Shown: positions 9,453 through 20,973, counted from the first letter of the whole stretch. The stretch: 57,342 bases of DNA, filler included, from an uncultured virus (IMG/VR IMGVR_UViG_2049941000_000905) (30 parts of one record of this genome joined end to end with filler, not necessarily neighbours in it), one strand, 5' to 3'. A program made the numbers and translations. The notes: generated from the letters alone by a model not told the origin.

Positions 9453-9469
9453 AAGGCCATTGCCTCCTC

Positions 9470-9898
9470 TCACAGGAAGGTGTTGTTTCGCAAACACTCC
9501 TCATACACTTCCGCTATATATCTCTCGTTGATCTCTGCGATCTTATTCTTGAAGGTCGGATGGTCTGTGCAGTATTTATCGTAGTCCGAGATCGTTCCAA
9601 GAACATTATCGAATGATTCCTTGCTGTGTTTGATCCCAAGCCGCAGCTCATCACCGAAGCGGAGGATGTCCGAGCGATTCTGTTTCGCCCGGTTTTCCTC
9701 CGCGCTATTCTGCATTTCGGCGAGGTCTTCTTCGAGCTTGTCAACCTTTTCGATCACTTCGGCGTTGATAGCACGTCCGATCTTTTTCGCCACCCACGAC
9801 CACGGGTTTAACTTGATAGGGGATATTTGTATGATGCCGGAGATCGCCACAATTCCCCCTATGATCCAGCCCGCAAGTTGTCCGAATGATTCTGTCAT
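9470..9898 (-). CDS. phage membrane protein, possible holin-like
   Basis: N-terminal TM helix, IQISPIKLNPWSW motif, coiled coil; lysis-module position. Confidence 0.65.
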   Translation of the reverse strand: MTESFGQLAGWIIGGIVAISGIIQISPIKLNPWSWVAKKIGRAINAEVIEKVDKLEEDLAEMQNSAEENRAKQNRSDILRFGDELRLGIKHSKESFDNVLGTISDYDKYCTDHPTFKNKIAEINERYIAEVYEECLRNNTFL

Positions 9899-10011
9899 AG
9901 GCGAATACCCCCCCCCTATCAATGTCGTTACTGACTTAAATTTCCCTTTACGCGATGCGGAAACAAACCGGAAGCGACGAACTTGCATAAGACGCACTCG
10001 TNNNNNNNNNN

Positions 10012-11086
10012 TCTTGCCGTTCGCTTTTGCAATGAAGGATCCGCCGCCATCAAGACAGATGATGTCGTCGAATTCCTCGTCCTTGACCTTCTTCCAGAAC
10101 TCCATGCCATAGATGTAGTTGGCTGTCGTGGTCTGTCCCCAGATCAACCAGATCTCGCCGTCACGGACTCCCAACCAGTTCCGCCACGTCGGACGCATAC
10201 ACGACGAATCCCAACCCTGTTTCGCAACGTACTGATAGTAGTTTACGTCGTCCCCGTCACGGACCGTGGGAACGCCGGAGATCGCATACAGGCAGTTGGC
10301 TGGGGGAGCGGCAAGGTCGGCAATATAGGGGCTTCCGGAGGCCGGCACGACGAGCGTTGCAACAGTATGCCCCTTAAACTGCGAGGACGCATTATCCGCG
10401 CAAGAGATCCGCATTTTGCCGTTTTTTACGAATTTCATTACGTCCTTGCGGCCCTCTTCCGGGACGTTCCAAGGATCGCAGACGAGATTCGCGACAGGCA
10501 GCGTGTAGATCACACCGTTCGATGCCTTGTAGTTTCCGAAAAATCCTGCGTTGATGTAGTTGGCGTAGTTCGCACCAACCTTCGGCGCGTCATGGTAGAC
10601 AACACGAAAGGAATTCAGTTTCCGGAAAGTAAGTCCGTTTTTCTCGTATTTATCGGCCCGTTTTTGCACATTTATCTTATATGTGCCGAGCGCGTTGTTA
10701 ATGCCGAGCAGAGGAGCGGGGTTGACACTCATACCATTCTTACGAACCTCGAAATGACAATGCTCACCAAAAGAATACCCGGTATTGCCTTGCAGTCCTA
10801 CGACGTCCCCAGCTTTGACTTGCTGGCCAACGGTGACTTTTCGCTCCGCCATGTGACACATGAAGACGTTATATCCGTCCGCTGTGTCGATGCGGATGTA
10901 GTTGCCCCATTCCCACGTCAGATTCCCGGAGGACTTCGGAATCATCGTCGAGGACCGGACCACACCGTCACACGGAGCCACAAGCACACGGTCTCCATCA
11001 ACCCCGACAAGGTCGATCCCGTTGTGCCAGCCGGAGACGCCGTTGAGTGTTCTCTGCCCATAGGGGGAAGTCACCCAGCAAGCCAT
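10012..11086 (-). CDS. M23 peptidase plus phosphodiester-glycosidase (NAGPA-like) domain protein, probable endolysin
   Basis: HNGIDL and HCHFEVR (M23); INAGFF, ISGVP, ICLDGGGS (NAGPA-like). Confidence 0.8.
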
Positions 11087-11104
11087 GTCGGCTTNNNNNN
11101 NNNN

Positions 11105-11625
11105 GCCCGCTATATGTGACATAGCACCACGCCGTAGATGTCCCGCCGCCCGGAGATAATAGCCACCATCCTGTACGGCCAAACGCAAACCGATTCATGT
11201 TTTGCAGAAAGAACGAATACGGCATGAACCCACCAGAAGCATATCCTTGATGAGACCACTGCGTCGTGCCGTAAACCTCAATCTCATGCGGGAACCATAT
11301 TTTTCCAATATCAGCCCATCCCCATGTCGTGGCATCAGTCAGTAATTCTGCTGTGCTATATCGGTTTTCCAGCACTACTCGTTTTTCTACTATGACGTTT
11401 TTGAGATTCGTAGGCAAGAAATAGTATATTCCATCTGTTCGGTAATCTTTGGATGTCAAAGTCGGATTCACAGTTGCCGCTGATGGGACGCCACCTTGCA
11501 GACTGTTAGCGTACAAATACGCATCAGAAGCAATCCACGGGAACGCGCTACGCGATGTGCCATTGTTATAGTTCACGGGATTGATCGGTTTTCGTGTAGG
11601 CCATAATCCTGCCCAAAAATCGATA
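11105..11625 (-). CDS. DUF6273-like / C-type-lectin-fold tail-associated protein fragment
   Basis: KIWFPHEIEVYG and GWWLLSP...AWCYVTYSG motifs. Confidence 0.65.
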
Positions 11626-11635
11626 NNNNNNNNNN

Positions 11636-11841
11636 GTCGCGATCTCCTCCGAAAATTTGGAAGATAAATCTACTCCGGCGTATGGAATGCCAAATTCTAT
11701 TGGTAGATCGAGCGTTCCCGTCGTCCTTACTCCGTTTGCTTTTGTGGCTGTCTCTCCTGCCAGAAGGTTTTCCTCATCAACCGTGTCCTGTGTAACATCC
11801 ATTATTGTGCTTCCATTTAACGTCACCTTGCTAAAAGCCAT
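11636..11841 (-). CDS. tail fibre/receptor-binding protein N-terminus
   Basis: SKVTLNG.TIMDVTQDTV....LLAGETAT.ANG..TTGT motif seen in clostridial phage fibre proteins; RBS AAGGATGG. Confidence 0.6.
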
Positions 11842-11855
11842 AATGTCACCATCCT

Positions 11856-12394
11856 TTATTCAAGTGCCACAAGCTGATAGGTTACACAAGACGATTCATT
11901 CTTGTTCCCGCCCGTGATAATGCTTTGATCGATCTGCCTGTTGCTCCCAACCCATACGCCTTTGCTCGAATCGTATGTAAATGATTCGTAAACTCTGGCC
12001 TCCGAAACAGTCGGATTGACTTTACCATTCGCATTATAGATGATCGTGAGATTGTTAGAATCCACACTTGCAGGAGCACTAACAACGCCACCTTTATATG
12101 TGCAGTTATCCTCAATGTGATATACACCATAATCTGCGGTTATGGTAACAATGCAAGTGTCATCCAGAATGTCTTGATATACGGTTTCAGTCCCGTACCT
12201 GTTTACGGCATACGGCCCGTCATTCCAACAACTCCGCACTACCGCTTCGCAGTTTGCCTTGAAGACATTCTGACTGGTAATGCCAAGTACTATATTTTTG
12301 TAATTTGCTTCAAAATAGCACCCGGTTATTTCAACCCCGAACGGATTATCAATCCAAATAGCCGCACCGCACGCGGGCGTGCCGTCATTGTTGA
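11856..12394 (-). CDS. hypothetical phage tail-region protein, C-terminal part
   Basis: Open frame ending just before the next gene's RBS. Confidence 0.5.
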
Positions 12395-12569
12395 NNNNNN
12401 NNNNNNNNNNNNNNNNNNNNNNNNNNNNNNNNNNNNNNTTAATTAATTAANNNNNNNNNNNNNNNNNNNNNNNNNNNNNNNNNNNNNNNNNNNNCACTTC
12501 TACGCGGTGCTGACCTTCCCAAATGTCAATATAATCTTGTGATACAGTCTGCACTTTCGCGCTCCCTTC

Positions 12570-12932
12570 TCACTGTTCGATGAGCGGGAAAGTGATCCCT
12601 TCCCACCATTCTGTATTCGATTCGTCTATCATAAGGAACGACGCCGGATTGTTGTTGGAGTACATGGTTTTCGTGACTACGCCGGACATCGGATCAGAGT
12701 ATGTCACCGTCACAAATTCCGGGTAGATCGCGTTTAGAACGATGGACGCCTCATAGGAGGTGAGGGGGCGGCACGTTACGTCCAGCCTGATCTTTGTGGC
12801 TACCCGCCCCCTGTGCATGATGCCGTCAAGCGTTCTGCCGCTGTCAGCGGCGTCAAGGTCTGATCTCTGCCATTTGACGCCGCCTTTCGCGATATAGGGC
12901 GTCATATCAATTCCGTTGATGGTTACGGTCAT
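12570..12932 (-). CDS. phage tail protein (distal-tail-like, DUF6711-like)
   Basis: DLDAADSGRTLDGIMHRGRV...FPLIEQ; directly follows the tape measure C-terminus. Confidence 0.75.
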   Translation of the reverse strand: MTVTINGIDMTPYIAKGGVKWQRSDLDAADSGRTLDGIMHRGRVATKIRLDVTCRPLTSYEASIVLNAIYPEFVTVTYSDPMSGVVTKTMYSNNNPASFLMIDESNTEWWEGITFPLIEQ

Positions 12933-12944
12933 GTCACGCCCTCC

Positions 12945-13227
12945 TTATGAATTCTGTAATGTTGTGCCGTACATCCGGTTCATGCGGTTCTGCCCTTTGG
13001 TGACAGCATCCGAAACCTTCTGTCCGTCGAGATAGGTTGCCGTGTCTTTTGCGTTGACAGCCCGGATAATCTGCGTAGCTGCCGCGTACAGGGCAGTCAC
13101 GACGTCTCCGTTTGCGTTTCTCACACCCGCCGAGATACCTTCCACGATCTGATCGTTGTTGGCAACGGCAGTTCGGTTTCCGATGGTCCCGACAAGTTCC
13201 GGTCCGGCTTCACGGGCAATGAACATT
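12945..13227 (-). CDS. tape measure protein, C-terminal fragment
   Basis: [31 protein letters not shown] and YLDG motifs. Confidence 0.85.
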
Positions 13228-13237
13228 NNNNNNNNNN

Positions 13238-14841
13238 TACCTCGCGTCACAGGGTCGATAGTCAGCGTCCAGTTGTCCGTTGTTGTCGGCGCGAAGTTAA
13301 TTGTGCCTCCGCAGAGGATTACACGGGATATATCGCGATAATTATAGTTGTCTATACCGATTTTCACAGCATAGTCCGTGACAGAACCGGAAGATGTCGT
13401 TACTTCCGATTCCAGAATCTTATATTCACCGTAGTAGACCTTTTCAACGTGCAAGTCATCGACATCGATTCGGTCGGCAGAAATCGTTCCGCTTACGATG
13501 TTGTCTCCATTGATTACAGTTCGTCCAGAGGAGGAAAGGTCTTCAAAGGTGACCGTGCCGCGAATGACAATGCTTGCGGAGGAAAGCGTCGCATTTCCCG
13601 CTTTGAGGAGCAACGTGCTTTCCGGTAAAGGTCCGCTGTGCGCATGGAACCGAAAATAGTCTCCCGCTCCGCTGCCGCTTCCGTCTTTGCGAAACTTTAC
13701 GGTAATGAAATGGTTTCCTGCGGGAACAGTGAAATGTAGTTCCACAGGATCCTCAGACACTTCTTCGGCAAATGAATACAGAACACCGGTGGAATCTACC
13801 TCGATGCTTTTGAGTAATTCTACGTCCACCTCAGACACAATGCCAAAATCCTTGTTGATCTCTCCGAGGTTTATGCAGTCCAAATATACTACGGTATCAC
13901 TTTCAAAGTTGAAGTTGATTTTTGCGTAGGCCACGGTGGTGTTCGTTCCAACATTAGTGGATTTATACCACCCGTCACCATCGGGGGCGAATCGAACCAC
14001 ACCACCTCCCGTTGTGCTATCAACGGTCCCAACAGTCACGCCCTCGCTTGATACTGCCGTCAAGGAAAGCGTGGAAGTTGCCTGAGAGATTGCCCGATCC
14101 GTCATCGTGAAGTCAGAAGCGGATGTACCGGATTCTACAATCCAACTGATGTGGTCTGCGGCGATAACTGCCTTTGCATTGACTTCCGATACTCTGCGGT
14201 TGATCGCTCTCCGCGAGACGGATTCGTACGGATATTCATGATCGAGTTCCTCGTCTCCGGGGGAGGTAATGTCCGACGCACAGAGGCTGTCAAGCCGCAT
14301 GGTCTGGGTTGCAAGAATGCCCGTGGTCGTACCTACCGTGGCCGTACCTACGGTCACATGGTCTCCGATCTCATAGGCCGGGTCGAGGATGGCTCCGTCT
14401 GCCGTTAAGGGGGTATAAATAAACCCATCGAGGGCATCGAGAATGTCTTCGGCAATATCTTCGCCGTCTTCGGTCGTGACTACCGGGAGAGCAACTTCAA
14501 GCGTCCGTCCGGTATCATCCCCGGCCTCGACGTAAAGTTCCTCCGATAGGTCAAGTTCGACTTTAGAGAAGGCCTGATAAGGCTCCGAGATATGGTACGT
14601 CTTCGCCGCAAGTCCGAGGTCTACGGAATCTACTGTATCGTTCACACGGATCAGTCTCAGCTTGCCCTCGTCGGTGATGACCCAGTTGCCGCAGTTCGCG
14701 ACGGCGATATAGCCGAGCAGTTCCCGCATGGTGTAGTCGGTCGGCAGCTGCATTTCATAGGTCTGGTTGAGAGTAGTTCTCGCATCGATGGTCAGGCCCA
14801 TCATATCCGCAATCTCGTCCGCTACATCTGCCATTGTCTTG
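13238..14841 (-). CDS. tail spike/baseplate minor structural protein fragment
   Basis: YTMRELLGYIA..CGNW.IT.EGKLRL, DPAYEIGD, TVINGDNIVSGTI motifs. Confidence 0.75.
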
Positions 14842-14941
14842 NNNNNNNNNNNNNNNNNNNNNNNNNNNNNNNNNNNNNNNNNNNNTTAATTAATTAANNN
14901 NNNNNNNNNNNNNNNNNNNNNNNNNNNNNNNNNNNNNNNNN

Positions 14942-15800
14942 TCAGCAAGTTTGTTCGCGATGGCTTGCAATTCTCTGGTTTGCGTGAGTGTGAGATTTTC
15001 GTTTTCGTCAATCTCAAAAGCCTTTTTGATAAGCTCGTGGACACCGGCGAAACTGGATTCGATCTCCCTAATTTTAGTATTGATCGTTCCGATTTTCGCT
15101 TCAATATCTGCTGTCACTTCAATGGTGATTTTCCATTGTTCTGCGCTCTTTTGAATCTTTTGCCCGATTTCCGTTTCGAGCATTTTCGCTTTTAATGCCT
15201 CATATTTTCCGAGCGCAAACGCAACAGCGTCAATGATGATGGAAGCTGCCGTTCCTACGATCAACCCGGCGGGACCGAGCAGAAGATACATTCCACCGAT
15301 AAGGATGCCGTTCCCGATGATTGTTTCAAGCACGTTCCACGGAGTTATTTCGCCCTTGCCGAGATCGAACGCGCCGTCTGCCGATAAAACAGCCCCTGTC
15401 AGAACAAGAGCAACTCCAATCGGAACTTTGAGGAGTTCAAAATTCTTTACGAGACCAGCAATCGTGTCAATGAATCCTGTTGCCAGTTTCCACCCAAGCA
15501 GTGCAACGGCGATCAGTCCCGCTGTTTTTAGAATATCCTCGAACGTGATGCCAAGGTCATCCATAACCTTCTTGATCCCGTCGATGATCTTCTTGACCCG
15601 TTCTCCCCATTTCTTTGCGCTGTCAGATGCAATCTCCATCGTGACATCTTCAAACATGGTGAGCGGGGAAGGATTCGCGCCGGTGATCGCAGAGGTCTTT
15701 TCCTTCGCTTTCGCGGATGCGTCTTCGAGGATGTTCAGCTCGTCCAGCCCGGAGATAAGGGACTTCACGGCCTTTGCTTCTTCCTGCGTTGCCTCCGTGG
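14942..15800 (-). CDS. tape measure protein, middle fragment
   Basis: GLDELNIL motif, hydrophobic Gly/Ala helices and coiled coil. Confidence 0.8.
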
Positions 15801-15812
15801 NNNNNNNNNNCG

Positions 15813-16148
15813 TTAATTTTCGGCATTCTCGCCCACCTCCTTAAATTCTATGAATGGAGTAAGTGCCTCAATATCCGCGACGGAGAGGCTGATATTGTCA
15901 TCCAACGGAATCGTAATCTTCGTCTCTTCCCAGTCGATCTCTAAGTTCAGCAGTTCGTTGTACTCTCCGACGGGAACTTTATACTCATGTTTGGCTTTCA
16001 GTTCGGTCTCTTTCGCTTTGAAGAAGTCCAGTTCTTCGTTGACGCGGCGTACCATCTTAGACAGACGGTATGCCGTGCGGAGAGGAAGGTCCTGATGGAT
16101 CAGCTTCTGGAAAGCGGAGATCGAGTTGAGAAGATGTATATATTTCAT
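15813..16148 (-). CDS. hypothetical phage protein (111 aa), contains protospacer for spacer 3
   Basis: RBS GAGG, MKYIHLLNSISAFQKL..DLPLRTAYRLSK. Confidence 0.75.
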   Translation of the reverse strand: MKYIHLLNSISAFQKLIHQDLPLRTAYRLSKMVRRVNEELDFFKAKETELKAKHEYKVPVGEYNELLNLEIDWEETKITIPLDDNISLSVADIEALTPFIEFKEVGENAEN

Positions 16149-16281
16149 GTTTACCTCACGCGAGTTGAACGCCATTCCAGAACAAATGTCCGTTCTGGCA
16201 GTTAAAGTATCCGGTAGACTGGGAATCACCGTCTTCTCCGAGGTACAGTCTGCTGAAGAATCTGAGATTGCNNNNNNNNNN

Positions 16282-16886
16282 GCACCGGCGAAGTCCGTAC
16301 CAATGTACTTGCTGTACTGATAGAGGTTTCCGATTCCTTCGGAAAAAGCCTGTGTTATCTCGTTGAATATGGCACGGATAATTCGGTATCTAAGGAATCG
16401 TTTGAGAAACTCATCAAATTTCTTCAAGCCGGGGAACAGTTTATCAAGATTCCCACGGAAGTGGTCGAAACGAGTTGCAAGACTTTCCTGCCCCTCTTTC
16501 CACTGATCGAACGCGCCTCGAATCTGATCCGCCTCTTCCTTAAACTGCTCAAACTGTTCAAGGTTCATCCCCTTAAACAGCTTGTCGTTCGTTGTGGCGT
16601 TCGCCCACTCTTTAATGAAGTATGGGCCGTAACGCTCGTATTGCTGAGAAGAAATCCCTTGCATGGCTTTCGGGAATTTCTTCGCAATGGCCTCTAACTG
16701 ACTGAAAGCCTCCGAGGTCTTCTTGATGTCTTTTGTGTAATCGCGAAAGCGAACTTGCGTGTTATAAACCGCCTTATTCGTCTCGTATAATTTGCCTTTC
16801 CACTCTGTTACGCACTTAACGAGACGGTATATATGCTGTTCTGCTTGCGCAGTGTCGGCGGTAACTTTTATGTTTAAGGATTCAAC
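16282..16886 (-). CDS. tape measure protein, N-terminal fragment
   Basis: VESLNIKVTAD N-terminal motif, helical, YR.IR...EGIGNLYQYS; follows chaperone genes. Confidence 0.75.
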
Positions 16887-17102
16887 NNNNNNNNNNNNNN
16901 NNNNNNNNNNNNNNNNNNNNNNNNNNNNNNNNNNNNNNNNNNNNNNNNNNNNNNNNNNNNNNNNNNNNNNNNNNNNNNNNNNNNNNNNNNNNNNNNNNNN
17001 NNNNNNNNNNNNNNNNNNNNNNNNNNNNNNNNNNNNNNNNNNNNNNNNNNNNNNNNNNNNNNNNNNNNNNNNNNNNNNNNNNNNNNNNNNNNNNNNNNNN
17101 NN

Positions 17103-17592
17103 TCCTTTCTCTTTCGCGCTAACTGGACGTCGTGCATCCATTGTTCCATCGCATTCTGTTGCTTTTCGTATTCCTGACGCTGTTTCCGCTCTTCCTGCTC
17201 CCGCATTTCCTTGGCCGTAACCGGATAGGGTTCTTCCGCATAGGGNNNNNNNNNNNNNNNNNNNNNNNNNNNNNNNNNNNNNNNNNNNNNNNNNNNNNNN
17301 NNNNNNNNNNNNNNNNNNNNNNNNNNNNNNNNNNNNNNNNNNNNNNNNNNNNNNNNNNNNNNTAGACATACAGACCTTGCCGCCAAAGATCGCGCTCGTT
17401 GCGTCGTCTCTGTATCTCGTAGGCTCTCCGGTATGCTCTGACGGCTGTACAGTCTCCCCGCCAGAACAAATGATAGGGCATTCCGAGGGCAAGGTAGTAC
17501 GGTAAGTGTTCTTCAAATATGGAGGAAACAGAGGGAGGGGGACTTTGGTGATCCCCCTCCTCCGAAGGGCCACTTACCAGCTCTTCTTCCAC
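17103..17592 (-). CDS. tail assembly chaperone, downstream (T-like) frame
   Basis: PYYLALGMPYHLFWRGD..WRQGLY; overlaps the upstream chaperone in the -1 frame. Confidence 0.75.
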
Positions 17593-17906
17593 ACTGCGTT
17601 TTTTTCGTTGTCTCCCTCGTCAGCATCGAAGAGGGTCTCGACGGTTTCGGCGTACATCTCGCCGAGGGCCGCGATGAGGTCGCTCTTCTCTGGGACGCTC
17701 GACATGATTTTGTCGATCTGCGCGTTTTTCAGCTTGCGGTGATGCGCGAAGAACGCATACCGGATCAGGATCGGAACCATGATGTTCGGCTTGTCCCCGA
17801 TCTCGCTGAGAATCAGGCCGCTCTGTTCAGCAGCTCTCGCCGCCTCGCGGGTGTATTCGAGGGTGTAGTCCGCTCCGTCGAGCGAAAGGGTGATTGTCTT
17901 AGCCAT
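17574..17906 (-). CDS. tail assembly chaperone (G-like), contains protospacer for spacer 12
   Basis: 110 aa, RBS AGGAGG, between major tail and tape measure genes; slippery A AAA AAC near 3' end. Confidence 0.8.
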   Translation of the reverse strand: MAKTITLSLDGADYTLEYTREAARAAEQSGLILSEIGDKPNIMVPILIRYAFFAHHRKLKNAQIDKIMSSVPEKSDLIAALGEMYAETVETLFDADEGDNEKNAVWKKSW

Positions 17907-17936
17907 CGCTAAAACCTCCTGTAAAATAGTTCAGAG

Positions 17937-17991
17937 TTAAGTGGACGCCTTGGTCGGTCCTTCGGAGCAGTTGATCGTGATAGTCATCTCC
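17937..17991 (-). CDS. probable major tail protein, extreme C-terminus
   Basis: EMTITINCSEGPTKAST* immediately upstream of the chaperone; inferred from position. Confidence 0.45.
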
Positions 17992-18001
17992 NNNNNNNNN
18001 N

Positions 18002-18190
18002 TACCGGGTTCTTGACCACCACATCATTGTCGCCGTCGTATTCTGCCTCAGAGAAGCGTATCGTCGCGCTCTGGACGCCGATCTGTGCCAGCTCCTCCAT
18101 GAAGACTTCGACTTTGCGCCGCCGCTTGGATAGATCGAAGAGCGGGTGGTTTAATACCCGCTTGATTCCTTCGACTTCAAGACTTATCAC
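18002..18190 (-). CDS. head-tail joining/neck protein, N-terminal fragment
   Basis: Position and GTGA overlap with upstream gene. Confidence 0.55.
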
Positions 18191-18582
18191 GACACATTCA
18201 CCTTCTTCAAGGCGTAGCTCAACACGTTGATCGACTTATCGACTTTGACTACGATATGATCGTACAAGAGCTGCCCCGCGTCGTTGTACTCTACGGGACG
18301 GTCGATAATCAGCACGGAGTATTCATCCATAGGACAATCCATATCCGTGATAACAAGCGTTTTGTCGTATCGAAGATCGATACCGAAGTCCTCCACGGCA
18401 CTCTGAGAGTTGATACCGTATCTGCCGTTGAATCCGGCGTCAAGGTTTCCGTAGAGAAGTACCGGTTCGCTATATAACGGTCTGCGTTCCCCGGTGGGGT
18501 TGCCCTGTCCGTCGAGGATGTCTTCCTCGCCGAGATACAGGGCATACCACATGGGGATCTGATTTCGTTTAAGTGCCTTCAT
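18187..18582 (-). CDS. head-closure/head-tail adaptor protein
   Basis: GNPTGE...YSEPV, FGIDLRYDK, YDHIVVKVDKSIN. Confidence 0.7.
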   Translation of the reverse strand: MKALKRNQIPMWYALYLGEEDILDGQGNPTGERRPLYSEPVLLYGNLDAGFNGRYGINSQSAVEDFGIDLRYDKTLVITDMDCPMDEYSVLIIDRPVEYNDAGQLLYDHIVVKVDKSINVLSYALKKVNVS

Positions 18583-18819
18583 GGACAACACCTCCTACGA
18601 CGCCACAGTAGGGGACAATCCCCCGGAAGTATTCCTCCGGGACGTCCGCCGAACCGTATTTCCGGTCGATACCGTTTTCGTTGTGGGAGGTCTGCCCTTC
18701 TGCTCCTCGTTTGTTGAGGAGATATGCGGCAATGTCGATCTGATTCTCCGCATACTGTTCGGGCATGTTTGTCGTCTCGCTCTGGAAGGGATAGAGACGA
18801 CGCAGGATTTTTGTTTTTG
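18569..18819 (-). CDS. head-tail connector protein, C-terminal part
   Basis: NKRGAEGQTSHNENGIDRKY motif typical of Firmicutes phage connectors. Confidence 0.8.
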
Positions 18820-18919
18820 NNNNNNNNNNNNNNNNNNNNNNNNNNNNNNNNNNNNNNNNNNNNTTAATTAATTAANNNNNNNNNNNNNNNNNNNNNNNNN
18901 NNNNNNNNNNNNNNNNNNN

Positions 18920-19756
18920 TGCCCATGAGGGCGAAGACGTTGCCGGTAGCGCGAGTGTAGTCACCTTCCGCATGGAAGCCAATGAGGTTGGTCACGCCCT
19001 GAGTGGTGTAGTTCAGACCCATAGCGGCGAAGTTGCTGTCACCCGGATCGACGTAGTAGAGGTCGATGTTGTCAACCGGGAGGGCGATCACAGTGCCGGA
19101 GGGAATGTCGGATTCGGAGAGGAGGAACAGGGTACGATAGCCCATGAAGTCCTCGACGTAGGACACGCCGAATCTGTTCTGAATGGTGATCTGAGCCGCG
19201 CCGAGGTAGTTGTACGCGTCGAGGATGTTGGCGAAACCGACGACTTCGGTGACGGTCTTTCTCATTTCCTGGAACTTGTTGATGACCTGACCCTTCGCCA
19301 TAGCGAGAGCCATCTGCCACGTGGTGGCGGTATAGGTCAGTTCGCCGGAACGGAGGAAGGGNNNNNNNNNNTGTAGAAGGAGGTGAGAACCTTGTTCTGA
19401 AGTTCGTTGAGGAACGCTTCGTCGGTCTTCTGGATCGCGACAGCCGCGCCGAACTTATCGACCGCTTCGATGGAAACGCTCTTCGCGTACTTTTCGATGG
19501 TGACATCGGAGTACACGACGGGTTCCACGGTGGCGCGGGAGAAGGGGATCAGTTCACCTTCGCCGACGGTGTCCTGCAGAGTGATGGACGCTCTGGAAGC
19601 AACCAGCTTCGTGCCGGGAGTCTTGCGGATGGGACGGGAGATACCCATGATGTTCATGAGGGCCGCCCAGTTGTTGCCGAATACGGTTACGAAATCCTGT
19701 TCACGCACGGATACGGTGATGTCCTGCGCTCTGGTGAGATAATCAAGCTGTGCCAT
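18920..19756 (-). CDS. major capsid protein (split by a short gap, 3' end missing)
   Basis: VGEGELIP.S, IEKYAKSVSIEAVDKFG..VA..KTD, NRFGVSYVEDFMG; follows scaffold gene. Confidence 0.85.
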
Positions 19757-19777
19757 AGTTTGTTTCCTTTCTTGTTG

Positions 19778-19943
19778 TTAACTTGACTGAGCAAGTTTAG
19801 CGAGTGCCTCCTGACGCTGACCGGCGTCGAGGACGTATCGCCCATGCTCGTCTGTTTTATAGATTTCATCGCGGGTAAGTACCTTCTCCCCGCCTCCCGC
19901 CGGACGGGGCATGGATTTGAGCGACGCGGCCTGCTGCTCTTTC
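19778..19943 (-). CDS. scaffold protein, C-terminal fragment
   Basis: LKSMPRPAGG...LTRDEI..RQEAL directly before the capsid gene. Confidence 0.65.
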
Positions 19944-20973
19944 NNNNNNNNNNNNNNNNNNNNNNNNNNNNNNNNNNNNNNNNNNNNNNNNNNNNNNNNN
20001 NNNNNNNNNNNNNNNNNNNNNNNNNNNNNNNNNNNNNNNNNNNNNNNNNNNNNNNNNNNNNNNNNNNNNNNNNNNNNNNNNNNNNNNNNNNNNNNNNNNN
20101 NNNNNNNNNNNNNNNNNNNNNNNNNNNNNNNNNNNNNNNNNNNNNNNNNNNNNNNNNNNNNNNNNNNNNNNNNNNNNNNNNNNNNNNNNNNNNNNNNNNN
20201 NNNNNNNNNNNNNNNNNNNNNNNNNNNNNNNNNNNNNNNNNNNNNNNNNNNNNNNNNNNNNNNNNNNNNNNNNNNNNNNNNNNNNNNNNNNNNNNNNNNN
20301 NNNNNNNNNNNNNNNNNNNNNNNNNNNNNNNNNNNNNNNNNNNNNNNNNNNNNNNNNNNNNNNNNNNNNNNNNNNNNNNNNNNNNNNNNNNNNNNNNNNN
20401 NNNNNNNNNNNNNNNNNNNNNNNNNNNNNNNNNNNNNNNNNNNNNNNNNNNNNNNNNNNNNNNNNNNNNNNNNNNNNNNNNNNNNNNNNNNNNNNNNNNN
20501 NNNNNNNNNNNNNNNNNNNNNNNNNNNNNNNNNNNNNNNNNNNNNNNNNNNNNNNNNNNNNNNNNNNNNNNNNNNNNNNNNNNNNNNNNNNNNNNNNNNN
20601 NNNNNNNNNNNNNNNNNNNNNNNNNNNNNNNNNNNNNNNNNNNNNNNNNNNNNNNNNNNNNNNNNNNNNNNNNNNNNNNNNNNNNNNNNNNNNNNNNNNN
20701 NNNNNNNNNNNNNNNNNNNNNNNNNNNNNNNNNNNNNNNNNNNNNNNNNNNNNNNNNNNNNNNNNNNNNNNNNNNNNNNNNNNNNNNNNNNNNNNNNNNN
20801 NNNNNNNNNNNNNNNNNNNNNNNNNNNNNNNNNNNNNNNNNNNNNNNNNNNNNNNNNNNNNNNNNNNNNNNNNNNNNNNNNNNNNNNNNNNNNNNNNNNN
20901 NNNNNNNNNNNNNAAATAAAAACGGGGCTATGGTCAGATATACTTGACCGATAGCCCCGTTGGACTGTTGTTC

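Noticed and set aside
9470..11188. 572-aa lysin-holin fusion in the ORF track
   Set aside because: Read-through across N gaps joins separate genes; the same applies to 12945-14834, 15813-17573, 30010-30444, 40755-41828 and 47284-47841
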